Part shown: piece by piece, positions 32,691-52,276 of the stretch | How positions within the stretch are numbered: the stretch's first letter is position 1 | Layout: each line of letters begins with the position of its first letter | Source: Octopus vulgaris | Taxonomy: Eukaryota | Direction: 5' to 3' | NCBI GenBank assembly: GCA_951406725.2 | Contig: OX597840.1 | Location: 26,784,001 to 26,848,000 of the forward strand | DNA: 64,000 nucleotides | The notes under the pieces: generated by a model | What the model saw: only the letters and a program-made list of their open reading frames with translations | Databases searched by the model: none | Told to the model about the DNA's origin: nothing | Translations under genes and position numbers: made by a program

Positions 32691-32930
32691 AAATATACGG
32701 CAATGCCACATTTGAAACAATCAGATAACCTCTCTGTTTGTCCATCCGTCTGTCTGTCTGTCTGTCTGTTTGTCACTTTGTCCGTATGACGCCTATCTTT
32801 TCCTCCTCCCCCTCTCTCTATCTCTGTGTTTCTGGCTTTTTTCTAGTAAGTTTATATATATATATATATTTTTATCTCTGTAACATTGTTACAGTCTCTC
32901 TAATTTTTCTCCTTCAGTCACCCTCTATCT

Positions 32931-32995
<65 letters not shown>

Positions 32996-33042
32996 CCCCT
33001 CAGTGTATTTGCCAAATTTTTTTCCCTTTGAGTCACCCTCTA

Positions 33043-33128
<86 letters not shown>

Positions 33129-33307
33129 CCCCTCAGTGTATTTGCCTAATTCTTTTCCCCTTTGAGTCTAGATATTTCTTTATCCCTTTGACATTGTCCT
33201 TGTCTCCATCCCTCTATCATCTTTCTTCCTTCCTTCCTTCCTTTCTTCCTTTCTCTCTTTCTTTCCACCTGTCTATCTATCCATCTATCTATACCTATAT
33301 ATGTATA

Positions 33308-33338
<31 letters not shown>

Positions 33339-34302
33339 TGGTCTTTCTGTCTACCCATCTGTATATTATCTGTCACTCTCTCTCTCTCTCACCTTTTCTC
33401 TATCTCTCTATCTTTCCTTTCTTCTTTATCCTTTCACCACCCCTTCTCTCTCTCTCCCTCTCTCCCTCTCTCCTTTTCTCTTTCCCATCTCTCCCCCCTC
33501 ACAAATTTTGCCATAGGTTTTTGCTGTAAGAGTATATTTCTTTAACTCTTTGACATTGCCATTCTCTCTCTCACACTCTTTCTCTCTCTCTGTTTATCTC
33601 TCCTACTCTCTCTCTCCTACTCTCACTCCTTCTCTCTCTCCTTCTCTCTCTCTTTCTTATTCCTTCTCTTTCTCGCTCTCTTACCCTCTCTCTCTCTCTG
33701 TCTTTCTTCCTATCTCCCTTTCTTTCCACCTCTCTCTTTTATTTCTTTTTTCTCTCTCTTTCCCTCTTCTCTCTCTTTCCTCTCTCTCACTCATTCCTCT
33801 CTTTCGCTTCCACCGCCCATTTTATCCCTCCCTCAATCCCTCTCCCCCATTCTCCCCACCTCACTCCCCGCCCTCTCTTAGCAAATTTCCTTACTTTTTT
33901 TTTTACCTGGCCGTCTATTCCTTCACCCACCCCTCCGTTCCTTTCTTCCTTCCTTCCTTCCTTCCTTCCTTCCTTCCTTCCTTCTTTCTTTCTTTCCCTC
34001 CTTCCCTCCTCGGTTCCTTCCTTCGTCGTTCCATTCTCCAAACCAGTCAGAAGAGAATCCTTCACATCAGGTGTCACAATCATTTACGGCAAGTCGCTAT
34101 CGCTGCCAAAGATCTGCTGCCGAGCGATGACAATCGATCTCCAAGAAAGAGGCCGTCACCTTTGTGCAGTGCCGCCGGCCACAAGCGAGATCGACGGCGG
34201 CACCGTCCTCTTCTCCTTCGCTAAGTAAAGCTGTCGATATCGGATGATCTGAAAACTATTAGATCAAACGTGCCAAGTGCCTCGCTCCTATCCACCTTCG
34301 CG

Positions 34303-36481
<2,179 letters not shown>

Positions 36482-36757
36482 CTTATAGATGGCGTCTTTG
36501 TAAATGCATGTCGTATGTTTACAGACATCATGAAGCTTTCACAGGCAAGCATCAGATACATTCACATACACATGAACGTAGAGAAACACACAGACGCACA
36601 CACACGCCTATGTATATATATATACACAAGATGTGCTATACACCTGCATACTCATACTCTTACGAGCATATACACACTCAAATGCATACTGTCATACACA
36701 CACACATATATACACTCAGATATATATCGCACACATACATGTATACACACACACATA

Positions 36758-37103
36758 TACTCTTTTACTTGTTTCAGTAATTTGACTGCGGCCATGCTGG
36801 AGCACCGCCTTTAATCGAGCAACTCGACCCCGGGACTTATTCTTTTGTAAGCCCATTACTTATTCTATCGGTCACGTTTGCCGAACCGCTAAGTGACGGG
36901 GACGTAAACACACATGCATCGGTTGTCAAGCAATGCTAGGGGTACAAACACAGACACACAAACATACACGCACACATATATATATATATATATACATATA
37001 TACGACGGGCTTCTTTCAGTTTCCGTCTACCAAATCCACTCACAAGGCTTTGGTCGGCCCGAGGCTATAGTAAAAGACACTTGCCCAAGGTGCCACGCAG
37101 TGG
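36758..37103 (-). mobile_element. SINE family A, 5'-truncated
   Basis: Family A body and tail; ends within the head. Confidence 0.9.
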
Positions 37104-37180
37104 TTCCACCTGCCTTCGTCTTTTGTCTATTTTCATAAAGCTTACCGTTATATATATTTATATATATATATATATATATA

Positions 37181-37575
37181 TACGAGGGGTTGCTGAAAGT
37201 CCCTGGTTTTAAGGGCTTAGAAACGCTGCAATAAGTGTGTGAATATTTGTTTGAAAAAACCTTTTGGTTAGAAGAAAATAAAGGAAGAGCAAAAGCCCGG
37301 CCGTGTATCTCAAACACACATCTCCTGCAGACGTTCTACCATTGGACCAAAGTAACCAAGCGAGAAGTACATGTCGTTAGCGTCATAAGAACGTTTGTCG
37401 CGTTGGTTCGAATCCCACGGGCATTCTTCAACTGGGTTGTATTTATGAGCTATCATTTATAGCTTTATGTGAGGTGCTTCGAGATAATCTCTCCCTCCTC
37501 CCAAAAATTTATAATAAAACAGATTAGTTCACGTTCTCTCTGAAAAGTTTGTAAAATTCTTGACTTCAACAATCA
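37181..37575 (+). mobile_element. Tc1/mariner-like terminal fragment
   Basis: Starts TA-CGAGGGGTTGCTGAAAGTCCCTGG, resembling mariner TIRs, within (TA)n. No second TIR seen and the right boundary is uncertain. Confidence 0.5.
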
Positions 37576-37634
37576 GGCACTCAACTATATATATACATAT
37601 ATATATATATATGTATATAGATATATATATGTAT

Positions 37635-37684
<50 letters not shown>

Positions 37685-37749
37685 TACATACATTTATTAT
37701 GTATGCATGCATATATATACATATATAGAGACATATATAGACATTTATA

Positions 37750-37793
<44 letters not shown>

Positions 37794-38984
37794 CGTACGT
37801 ACGTATGTATGTATATATATATATATATATATATATACATACATACAACGTACGTACGTACATACATACACACATACATACATACACACACACATACATA
37901 CATACATACATACATACATACATACACACACATATACAGCTGCATGTGTGTATATGTGTGTACGGCTCTATGTCTGCATATACGTTATATTAAAACACAA
38001 TGAAAGCCTTGTCGTAATTTCGCCAAACTACTTCTCCATTATACGTTTTCATTTATAAAAGGTTAATTTCTTTTGTTATCTTCGACATAGGCCAAGATTT
38101 CTCCTCATTTATGGCTTTCCATAATTATTTATAATTTTTTTTTTGTTTATATGTGTTTCCATATAATTTATTGGTTTCCATATTTATTTAGTTTTGCATA
38201 AATGAAGTTTTTTTTTTTCGTTTATTCGTTAGCAATGCTATCGGAAGAACGGAATGAAGAGAAAGAAGAAGTATGACGGAAGTATTTGTACGAAAGATAG
38301 AGAGAGAGAGAGAGAGAGAGGGGGGAGAGAGAGAGAGAGCTAGAAATAGAAATAGAGAGAGAGAGAGAGAAAGAGACAGATAGACAGACAGACACACAGA
38401 CAAACAGAGAGAGAGAGAGAGAGAGAATGATTAAGCTAAAACTACATATATATATATATATATATATATAAGAGAAAAGAATGATAGGAAGAGAGACAGA
38501 GAGAGAAACGAGAATGGGTGATAATGCTAGAGAGGGAGAGAGAGTAAGAGAGAGAGAGAGAGAGCTAGAAACAGGGAGAGAGATTTAGAGAGCTAGAGTG
38601 AAAGAGACAGATAGACAGACAGACTAACACAGAGAGAGAGAGAGAGAGAGAGAGACGAGAGTGGGTGATAATGCTAGAGATGGAGAGAGAGAGACCTAGA
38701 AATAGAGAGAGAGAGAGAGAGAAGTAGAAATAGAGAGCTAGAGAGAAAGAGAGAGAGAGTTAATGTGCTAGAGAGAAAGAGACAGTCAGATAGACATCGA
38801 GACAGAGAGATAGAGAGATAGAGAGAGTGAGAAAAAAGAGTAGGTGATAATGCTAGAAAGAGAGAGAAAGAGAGAGCTAGAAAGAGCGAAAGAGGGAATA
38901 TGTGTGCGTGTGTGTGTGTGTGTGTGCGTATGGGCGTGGTGTGGGGTTGTAATTTGCCCTGCCACTTGAAAAAAGGGGGCGATT

Positions 38985-39075
38985 CACTATCCGCCATTTC
39001 AGACATGTTTAAAGGCTTTTTAACCGGAAATTGTATTCTGTGAGACAAAAAAAGATCACTGTGACTTCCGGTGCC
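38985..39075. promoter_or_regulatory. YY1 plus two ETS motifs (candidate promoter/enhancer)
   Basis: CCGCCATTT 38991-99, ACCGGAAAT 39023-31 and ACTTCCGGT 39064-72 in unique sequence. Confidence 0.5.
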
Positions 39076-39506
39076 GAGTTGTTGAGGCCAGAGGTTGGAG
39101 AACGGTAAAACAAAACACTGGAATGCGAAACAGTCTTGACAAAGATTGTTTTAATAAAACCAAATCTTTTAATTGTTTCATTGTTGACCATTCTTTGCCA
39201 GAACAATAACGGAATTTCTCTTCTTCCTTTTTTATAGCTATTTTTTACAACTACTACTACTATTATTATTATTATTATTATTATTATTGTTATTATTATT
39301 ATTATCGTTTTTTTAATTTTTTGATTTTCGCTTTGCTTTTAAAGACAAAAAAAAAAATACAGATTTTATATCTTTTTTATTTGCTGTGAAATCTTTGTTC
39401 GTTTTTAATTCTAAGATAAAATTTTCAGAAACAAAAGAACAAAAATAGAAGAAAACAACACGAAAACGCTCAAATATATCTGTGTGTGTGTGTATGTGTG
39501 TGTTTG

Positions 39507-39641
<135 letters not shown>

Positions 39642-39656
39642 GATAGATAGATATAG

Positions 39657-39700
<44 letters not shown>

Positions 39701-39845
39701 GAAGAGAGAGATATAGATAGATATATATATATATATATATACATATATATGAGAGAGAGAACGAGAGAGAGCGGGAGTGAAAGAGAGAATATGTATGATT
39801 ATTTGCTTATTCATGTGTATGTGTGTATGTATCTGTGTATGTATA

Positions 39846-39901
<56 letters not shown>

Positions 39902-39902
39902 G

Positions 39903-39934
<32 letters not shown>

Positions 39935-40398
39935 CGTACGAAAATATCCGCATACAAATAAATATATAATAAATTTAATGGTTTTGTGTGTGTCTGTGTT
40001 TGTGTGAATATCTTCAAAAAATTTATCGAGGGAAAAACCAAGATCTTTTGTATTGTTTAATAAAAATGTGATATTGTTTTGTTAAAAACAACGGCCATTG
40101 TTAGTAAGAATGCTAAGACTATTGTTTATTATTATTATTATTGTTTTTGTTGTGGTCTTTTTATATTTTTCTCTCCTTAAAATGTTTTTGTTTTTTTAGC
40201 TGAATACTGCGCTTTTTAATTACTCCTCTTCTCATGCTGAGTTCGAAATCAGTTGAAGCTAACTATTATCATTTGATCTATCCTGGGTGGTTGATGAAAA
40301 TAAAATAACAGTTTAACACAGGGGGCGCTTAAATCAAGGAATTTTTCCCCTATCCATTTTGTGACCTCTTGTGCTTCTATTATTAGAAAAATTAATTC

Positions 40399-40479
<81 letters not shown>

Positions 40480-40491
40480 CATCATTATTAT

Positions 40492-40600
40492 TTTTTTTCT
40501 TCTTTCAAATTTGCTTCCATTTCTTGCCGGATGTCTTCCCGACTCCTAGGGCAAAGAAACTCATTGTAGTTGGTAGGCCATTAAACTAAACTCAATAGTT
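40492..40600 (-). mobile_element. Short 5'-truncated non-LTR 3' end in (TAA)n (Dong/R4-like)
   Basis: Unique ~105 bp flanked by (ATT)n. The minus strand ends CCTAGGAGTCGGGAAGAC..GCAAATTTGAAAGAAGAAAAAAAA-(TAA)n. Confidence 0.45.
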
Positions 40601-40606
40601 CGTTCA

Positions 40607-40689
<83 letters not shown>

Positions 40690-41144
40690 CGCCAACTTTT
40701 TGCTTTTGTACGTACTACCTGTGATGTGTGTCACACTTACTTCAAAGGAAGAAGTGAGTGGTAAAGCAGGAGAGAGGAGGACAGAGAGGGAGTGAGAGGG
40801 AATGAGAGAGAATGAGAGAGGCAGTGAGTGGTGACGGCATTCGTTTTGTGTCTTTAAATGTTCATCAGTATTTTCAGAGTAGGCTGATACATACATCGCA
40901 AGAAAAGTAGATACATAAATCGAAAGAAAAGTTGATAGATAGATACATACACACATTGTTAAATTAAAAGCGGGAGGGAGGGGGACACAGAGGAAGCAAG
41001 AGAGAAAGAGAGAAAGTGATAGAGAGACAGTAGATACATATATCGAAATAAAAGTTGATTTATAGATGCATAGACACATTTTTAAATCATAGACAAATAA
41101 CTACAGCAAATATTGGATGTCACTTTCACTTTTCATTACCACAC

Positions 41145-41254
41145 GGAGATAAAAGGTAAAGTCGACATCGGCGGAATTTGAACTCAGAACGTAACGGCAG
41201 ACGAAATACGGCTACGCATTTCGTCCGGCGTGCAAACGTTTCTGCCAGCTCGCC
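41145..41254 (-). mobile_element. SINE family C 5' fragment
   Basis: Head and B box match 27330-27428. Confidence 0.85.
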
Positions 41255-41268
41255 TTATATATATATAA

Positions 41269-41333
<65 letters not shown>

Positions 41334-41362
41334 TAATAACCACAACAACAATAATAATAATG

Positions 41363-41442
<80 letters not shown>

Positions 41443-41689
41443 CAACAACAGCAACAGCAACAAGAACAAATATGAATCTTATAAATATAATTATTATTAT
41501 AAAAATTATTTTTGGGGTCTTTGACATCGACTAACCCCATCAACGCACACACACATACACACACACACACCCATCCACCCTCCCACAAAATTTCAGGCCT
41601 TGTGCCTTTGTTGGAAACTTACCATCATCATCATCATCATCATCATCATCATTATTATTATTATCATTCTTCTTCTTCTTCTTCTTCTT

Positions 41690-41720
<31 letters not shown>

Positions 41721-41723
41721 TTC

Positions 41724-41787
<64 letters not shown>

Positions 41788-41825
41788 CGTCATTATTATT
41801 ATTATTGTTATTATTATTATTATTA

Positions 41826-41877
<52 letters not shown>

Positions 41878-42178
41878 CATCATCATCATCCTTATTATTA
41901 TTATAATTATGATTATCATCATTATTATTATTATTATTATCATTATTACTATTATTATTATTATTATTGTTATTATATATTTTTAAAAATTATTATTATT
42001 GCAACTTGCCGGTGTTGTTGATGGTAATGACAACAACAACAACAACGACAATAATAATAATAATAATAATAATAAATCCATGAATGGGCCTAAAGTACCA
42101 GCAATATATTAGAAACATTAACGGTGTGAGTCAATGGGTTGTAGAAAAAAAGAGGCGTTGCGTTGGGGCCATTGTCAC

Positions 42179-42232
<54 letters not shown>

Positions 42233-42589
42233 TAACGCAATAATCACCACCATCATCATCATCGTCATCATTGTCGTCATCGTTTTTATTACTAATATTA
42301 TTGTGCTTGCAAGCGGTGTGTTCTTTTTTTGTTGTTTTTTGCAGTTATTGATATTATTGTTGTTGTTCTTTGGTGGGGGCGGGTGGGGGGGGGGGTTATT
42401 TTTGTAGTTGGTTCTTTTTTCTTTGTTTTGTTTTCTCGTTTTTTTTTTAATTTGGCCTTTTTTTTCTCTTCTTTATTACATATTCCAGCTGCGCTTTTTC
42501 TTAAAGAGACGAGACCATTTGGTGTAGAAAGGAGAAATGAAAAATAAAATGGGGAGAATGGGAAGAGGAAAGAGACGGCGAAGAAGAAA

Positions 42590-42780
42590 GGAAGGAAGGA
42601 AGGAAGAAGAAGAAGAAGAAGAAGAAGAAGAAGAAGAAGAAGAAGAAGAAGAAGAAGAAGAAGAAGAGAAGAAGAAGAAGAAGAAGAAGAAGAAGAAGAA
42701 GAAGAAGAAGAAGAAGAAGAAGAAAAGAAGAAGAAGAAGAAGAAGAAGAAGAAGAAGAAGAAGAAGAAGAAGAAGAAGAA

Positions 42781-42814
<34 letters not shown>

Positions 42815-42866
42815 AGAAGAAGAAGAAGAAGAAGAAGAAGAAGAAGAAGAAGAAGAAGAAGAAGAG

Positions 42867-42914
<48 letters not shown>

Positions 42915-43094
42915 GAAGAAGAAGAAGAAGAAAGAAGAAGAAGAAGAAGAAGAAGAAGAAGAGGACGAAGAAGAAGAAGAAGAAGAAGAAGAAGAAGAAG
43001 AAGAAACAGAAGAAGAAGAAGAAGAAGAAGAAGAAGAAGAAGAAGAAGAAGAAGAAGAAGGAAGAAGAGGAAGAAGAAGAAAAAGAAGAAGAAG

Positions 43095-43125
<31 letters not shown>

Positions 43126-43153
43126 GGAAGAAGAAGAAGAAGAAGAAGAAGAG

Positions 43154-43220
<67 letters not shown>

Positions 43221-43225
43221 AAACG
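42590..43225. repeat. (GAA)n with (TAA)n inserts
   Basis: Direct inspection. Confidence 0.95.
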
Positions 43226-43744
43226 ATTGGGATGAGGGGATGAGGAGGAGGAAGTAGTGTGTACTATGCAGAGAAACAGAGGGAGTAAAGAGGGAGAGAG
43301 AGAGAGAGAGAGAGAGAGTATTGTTGAGGCTTCACATGGATTCAATTGATGTGAGTGTTGTTTAAAGAGTGAGCGAGAAAGAGATAGTAAAAAGGAGAGG
43401 GATAGACAAGCTGAAAGAGAGAGAGAGAGAGAGAGAAAGAGGGAGAGCGAGTGAGAGAGGGAAAAAATGGAGTATGTGGGAGAGAGGGAGAGACAGAAAA
43501 AAGGGATTGGTCTAAGGGAAAGGTGAGAAAAGTTTCACGGTTCCAGTTTGCACAATCACAACACCGAAATACGGTCACCGTTTGTTTGTGTTTGTGGGTG
43601 GATATGCAAATTATATATGTACATATTTTATATACATACATACATACATACATGCATATATATATATATATATATATCAGCATAAATTCAGACAAACGTA
43701 AACAATTGTACCAAATTACCGGAGTCATTCTTGTTGCTTATTTT

Positions 43745-43749
<5 letters not shown>

Positions 43750-43790
<41 letters not shown>

Positions 43791-44150
43791 CATAATATAC
43801 GTATATAAAGATATACATATATATATACATACATACATACATACTTACATGCATACATACATACATACATACATGCATGCATACATACATACATACACGC
43901 ATACATACATACATACATGCATGCATACATACATACATACATACATACGTACATACATACATACATACATAAACGCATACATACATACATACATACATAC
44001 ATACATGCATGCATACATACATACATACATACATACATACATACATACATACATACATACATACATACATTCATACATACATACATGCATACATACATAC
44101 ATACATACACACATACATACATACATACATACATACATACATACATACAG

Positions 44151-44183
<33 letters not shown>

Positions 44184-44265
44184 CATACATACATACATAC
44201 ATACATACATACATACATACATACATACATACATACATACATACATACATACATACATACATACA

Positions 44266-44299
<34 letters not shown>

Positions 44300-44862
44300 C
44301 ATACATACATACATACATACATACATGCATGCATACATACATGCATACATACATACATACATACATGCATGTATACATACATGCACACATTCATACATAC
44401 ATACATACATACATACATACATACATACATACATACATACATACATACATACATGCATACATACATACATACATACATACATACATACATACATACATAC
44501 ATACATACATACATACATACATACATACATACATACATACATACATACATACATACATACATACATACATACATACATACATACATACATACATACACAC
44601 ATACATACATATATACATACATACATACATACATACATACATGCATGCATACATACATGCATACATACATACATACATACATGCATGTATACATACATGC
44701 ACACATTCATACATACATACATACATACACACATACATACATACATACATACATACATACATACATACATACATACACGCATACATACATACATACATAC
44801 ATACACACATACATACATACATACATACATACATACATTCATACATACATACATACATACAC

Positions 44863-44895
<33 letters not shown>

Positions 44896-45280
44896 CATAC
44901 ATACATAGATGTAATATCCTATCTGGACGATACATACATACATACATACATACATACATACATACATACATACATACATACATACATACATACATACATA
45001 CATACATACATACATACATGCATACATACATACATACATACATACATACATACATACATACATACATACATACATACATACATACATACATACATACATA
45101 CATACATACATACATACATACATACATACATACATACATGCATACATACATACATACATACATACATACATACATACATACATACATACATGCATGCATA
45201 CATACAAGCATACATACATACATACATACATACATACATACATACATACATGCATACATACATACATACATACATACATA
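43750..45280. repeat. ~1.5 kb (CATA)n tetranucleotide array
   Basis: Direct inspection. Confidence 0.95.
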
Positions 45281-45880
45281 GATGTAATATCCTATCTGGA
45301 CGGACACACGTGTGTTTCTGGTTATAACAAAGCAGTAAAAACTAAGATAAATAAGTAAAATAAATGATTGATCTTTCACCTCCGATGAGCGACAGAGAAA
45401 GAGGCTGTTGTAGGGAAAGATTAATCGTAGATATGCAAGATGCCGAAGAAACATCGGTGAATAAGAGAAGATGGTATCCGAGAGTTCAAGAACTCCCAAT
45501 TTCTGTCACTCGAAAAAAAACAACAAAGAAAAACAACCCCAAAAAATACCAAAAGATGGAGTGGAAAGAAAGAAGGAAAGAAAGAAGGAATATTTATAAT
45601 AGATTGAGCTCAAAGAATTGTTGTAATCAACGTGAGGAAGTAATTTGAACATACGCTAATGAGTGCGATAAAAACTTACGCGAGGAAAATTATTTTCTAA
45701 ATATGACGAAAGGGTTTTTGTTCGTGCGCAAAGTGTTTTTTTTGTTTTTTGAAGAACTTAATAAATACGAAGAGGCACAAGTCTATAGATAGACACACAC
45801 ACACACACACTCATACATATATATATATTTATAAACATACATTCACACACACACATTTATTTATATACATATATACATAC

Positions 45881-45940
<60 letters not shown>

Positions 45941-46030
45941 GTACATATATATGTATATAACATATATATATTATATATATATATGTATATGTATATACAA
46001 ACGCACACACACATATATAGGTGTACGTAA

Positions 46031-46093
<63 letters not shown>

Positions 46094-46245
46094 TAGGTAT
46101 GTATGTAGGTAGGTAGGTAGGTAGGTAGGTATGTAGGTAGGTAGGTATGTAGGTAGGTAGGTAGGTATGTGTATGTATGTACGTACGTATATTCACATTG
46201 TAGAACGAATTACGATTATTATTATCATTATTATTATTATTATTA

Positions 46246-46294
<49 letters not shown>

Positions 46295-46303
46295 CATTAT
46301 TAT

Positions 46304-46930
46304 TTACCTCCGCCTTAGTGAAGGTTGAGGCCTTACTTTCAGTCGCTGGATGGATTTGGGTGAAACATTCCGGGATGTTTGGCCTCGTGCCTGGAATTAA
46401 CTGATAAGATTTTGGACAAGGATTCTGAATTTTCCTTTTTTTTTTTTACCTAATATTTGAGAGCAATCGGGTTCATTTCAGATATTCTCATTTTAAAAAT
46501 CATCTGGCTAATCGTTGAGAGGACATTGGTGTTGCCTTGGCAGAGGTTTGCGCTCTCTGAGTGCTCCTGTTACCTCCGTCTTAGCAAAAGCAGAGGTATT
46601 GTTTTCAGTCGTATTTGTTTGTCCATGGACAAGATATCTCAAGAACCGCAGGATGGGTTCAGATGAAACTTTCAGGGATGTTTTGGCCTCGTGACTGGCA
46701 CGAACTGATTAGATTTTGGGATCGATCTGGTACCGGACAAGGATTCTGGAATATTTTTCCTGTTTTTTTTTACTTAACTTTTGAGAGCGGTCGGGTTCAT
46801 TTTTAGTATTCTCGTTTGTGAGAGCAGTCGAATTTATTTCAGATATTCTCATTTTAAAAATCGTCTCCGGTTAATCGTTGACAGGACATTGGTGCTGCCT
46901 TGGCGGAGGTTTGCTCTCTCTCAGTGCTCT
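46304..46930 (+). mobile_element. Two tandem HINE/DINE-1-like (Helentron-associated) non-autonomous elements
   Basis: Each unit (46304-46570, 46570-46930) starts TTACCTCCG(C/T)C. Each ends CCTTGGC(A/G)GAGGT plus a short hairpin such as GCGCTCT-CTG-AGTGC. This is the subterminal IR plus 3' palindrome layout. Confidence 0.7.
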
Positions 46931-46976
46931 TATTATTATTATTATCTTCATGATCAATATTATTATTATTATTATT

Positions 46977-47201
46977 GAGTGAGAAAGCAGAGCATGCCAT
47001 CAAAGTGACACTGGGGTAAAATATACGAAGCCCAGTATACCCATCATGACTACCCGTCTGATAAGGGTACACCAGGCACATGCATCACAACCATGTGTGC
47101 GCGACATGATGATCTCATATCAAGATAAACAGCACATGACCTTGCAGGTGGGGCCCAGTTAGAATTTTCTTCAGGTTGAGTAGCCCATCCCGCTCAAAAG
47201 G

Positions 47202-47210
<9 letters not shown>
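46977..47210 (-). mobile_element. Family E, 5'-truncated copy in (TAA)n
   Basis: Reverse complement of about 28488-28721. Confidence 0.85.
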
Positions 47211-49210
<2,000 letters not shown>

Positions 49211-49435
49211 TTTTATTATAGTTATAATTTATAATTATAAATAAAAACGATTACCTACGTACCATGGGTTTCACATGTATATATATCTACGTATATAAAA
49301 CACGCAGACATCTGCAAGATCATCAGTGTAGTCTGTCGCTTACTTTTTTTCTTGAGAATACATTCTTCGTGGTAATGGCGATTTGACGTCTATGTTTAGC
49401 ATATAGCGTGTCCACTTTAGTGGCCATACCTCTAG

Positions 49436-49470
<35 letters not shown>

Positions 49471-49532
49471 GTGTGTGTGTGTGTGTGTTATTGAAGGAAT
49501 CAAAGCACTCGATACTATAGATCTGTTTCGGT

Positions 49533-49625
49533 CAATCTTACTAATCGGTTTCACACTGGATATTACTTAACCGGATATTAGGATAACGACGCGCCTATGT
49601 AATACCGCACGCTCTTCAGAGATGG
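49533..49625 (-). ncRNA. Decayed hammerhead ribozyme (long stem II loop)
   Basis: Minus strand CCATCT CTGAAGA GCGT..GTGT GAAA CCGATTAG TA AGATTG. Related copy at 25444-25552. Confidence 0.45.
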
Positions 49626-49972
49626 CAGTTATAGAAATAATACTGCAGAATACATTGATATTACTTTCTTTTAAATTTACTACTAAAATGCCTTTAAATT
49701 GTCTCACCATCAATTAACATTAGTTCTCTGCAACTTAGTGCAATAAAATGTTCTGTGATGATCCATTCTGTTTAACCATCCGCATGTGTGCGTGAATAAT
49801 AATGTGTTTATTTTGTTACAAATAACTAAATAATAATCTAATAATTATTTAAATAACTTCTAGCATTGCATACCGTGAAATAATATGTCGTAAGGGGTGC
49901 AAATCTGCAGCAGAAATGGATTGTTTCTTTCCGTTAGTTAAAAATAGAAAATATATATAAACGATATAAGTA

Positions 49973-50378
49973 GGCACAGGAGTGGCTGTGTGGTAAGTAG
50001 CTTGCTTACCAACCACATGGTTCAGGGTTCAGTACCTTGGGCAAGTGTCTTCTACTATAGCCTCGGGCCAACCAAAGCGTTGTGAGTGGATTTGGTAGAC
50101 GGAAACTGAAAGAAGCCCGTCGTATATATATATATGTGTGTGTGTGTGTGTATGTTTGTGTGTTTGTGTTTGTCCCCCTAGCAATGCTTGACAACCGATG
50201 CTGGTGTGTTTATGTCCCCGTCACTTAGCGGTTCGGCAAAAGAGACCGATAGAATAAGTACTGGGCTTACAAAAGAATAAGTCCCGGGGTCGAGTTGCTC
50301 GACTAAAGGCGGTGCTCCAGTATGGCCGCAGTCAAATGACTGAAACAAGTAAAAGAGTAAAAGAGAGTAAAGAGAGTA
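49973..50378 (+). mobile_element. SINE family A, near full length
   Basis: Head with a small deletion, plus body and tail. Confidence 0.92.
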
Positions 50379-50734
50379 CTAAATGAAATAATAATTGAAT
50401 TTAAAAATAAAAGAGAATTTGGAGGAGTACAGTAGGAGTATTTAAAGAAATGTAGAGATTTGTAAATGTAATGAATCCAAAGTTAGGTTATGAGAGAAAA
50501 TAGGGCATGAAATAATCGATATTCATGGAATTACAGGGCGTGTAAAATTGCATAATGAAGAAAGGGAACGAGCAAGGTTGGTATATTAAACGCGGTGGTA
50601 GTGGTGACGACAGGGGACTTATAAACCCGAGCTGTGTCCTCATGTTTATATTCATGATGTATACGGAACCAATCGGTGCTGAAACGGCCGTAATGAAAGA
50701 ATAGATGCAATATCATAAACCCTATTCTTGGACC

Positions 50735-50796
<62 letters not shown>

Positions 50797-50997
50797 TTGA
50801 ACTTTAGCCTGCGTATTCCGATATTATGTATAATATATTTTATACACTCATCAGATATGTACACCCCTTACAACATAATATGTTCGTTTGTGTATTTAAA
50901 TGCTTTTTACATGCATCATCCCTGACCCCTATCAAAAATCTATTATTATTGCTATTGTTGTTGTTGTTGTTATTATTATTGTTATTGTTATTATTAA

Positions 50998-51094
<97 letters not shown>

Positions 51095-51168
51095 TTCATC
51101 ATCATCATCATTATTATTATTTTCATTTTCCGTCGCTCTTGTATCAAATGAAGAATTTTATCATTCTT

Positions 51169-51266
<98 letters not shown>

Positions 51267-51394
51267 CATTATTATTATTCAGTAGTTTTATTTTTATAGC
51301 GTGTTTTCCCTTCACTACCGAGCGCAGCTCTGTGTGCCTTGGGTATGTGCTATGATTTGTTGTGATGCTCTGATGGTTACTGTATTGAAACTGC

Positions 51395-51474
<80 letters not shown>

Positions 51475-51563
51475 CATTTATCATTATTATAATTATTATT
51501 AATATTATTATTATCATTATTATTATTATTATTAACATTATCATTATTATTATTATTATTATT

Positions 51564-51680
<117 letters not shown>

Positions 51681-51742
51681 TATTATTATGATTATTATCA
51701 TTATTATTATTACTGTTACTATTATTATTATTATTATTATAA

Positions 51743-51804
<62 letters not shown>

Positions 51805-52276
51805 GAGTGAGAGAGCAGTTCATGCCATCAAAGTGACACTGGGGTAAAATATACGAAGCCCAGTATACCCATCATGACTACCCGTCTGATAAGGGTACAC
51901 CAGGCACATGCATCACAACCATATGTGTGCGACATGATGATCTTATATCAAGATAAACAGCACATGACCTTGAAGGTGGGGCCCAGTTAGAATTTTCTTC
52001 AGGTTGAGCAGCCCATCCTGCTCAAAAGGTCCCTGAATAAGGGTTGTTTAAGGATGTTGAAAGAACCACCCATGTTTCCAGAGGTGAATTCTTCAAACCC
52101 CAAAGAATCCCTCTCAACACATGGCTATGATGCTCCCCCACTACTTCTACTCGTGATCAGAGATGCACATATCGTCAGCCACAAAGGGACATGCTCAACT
52201 GGTTAAGGTCAAACAACTGACAAGCAAATCTGTGGTATTGAGCAGAATATTTGCTGTAGCCCATCTTTTATACCAA
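51805..52276 (-). mobile_element. Family E, 5'-truncated copy in (TAA)n
   Basis: Reverse complement of about 28250-28721. Confidence 0.88.

Noticed and set aside
38940-39010. Minus-strand MSEMADSESPPFFKWQGK as a first coding exon
   Set aside because: It runs straight into microsatellite with no clear donor. The ATGGCGG is adequately explained as a YY1 motif.
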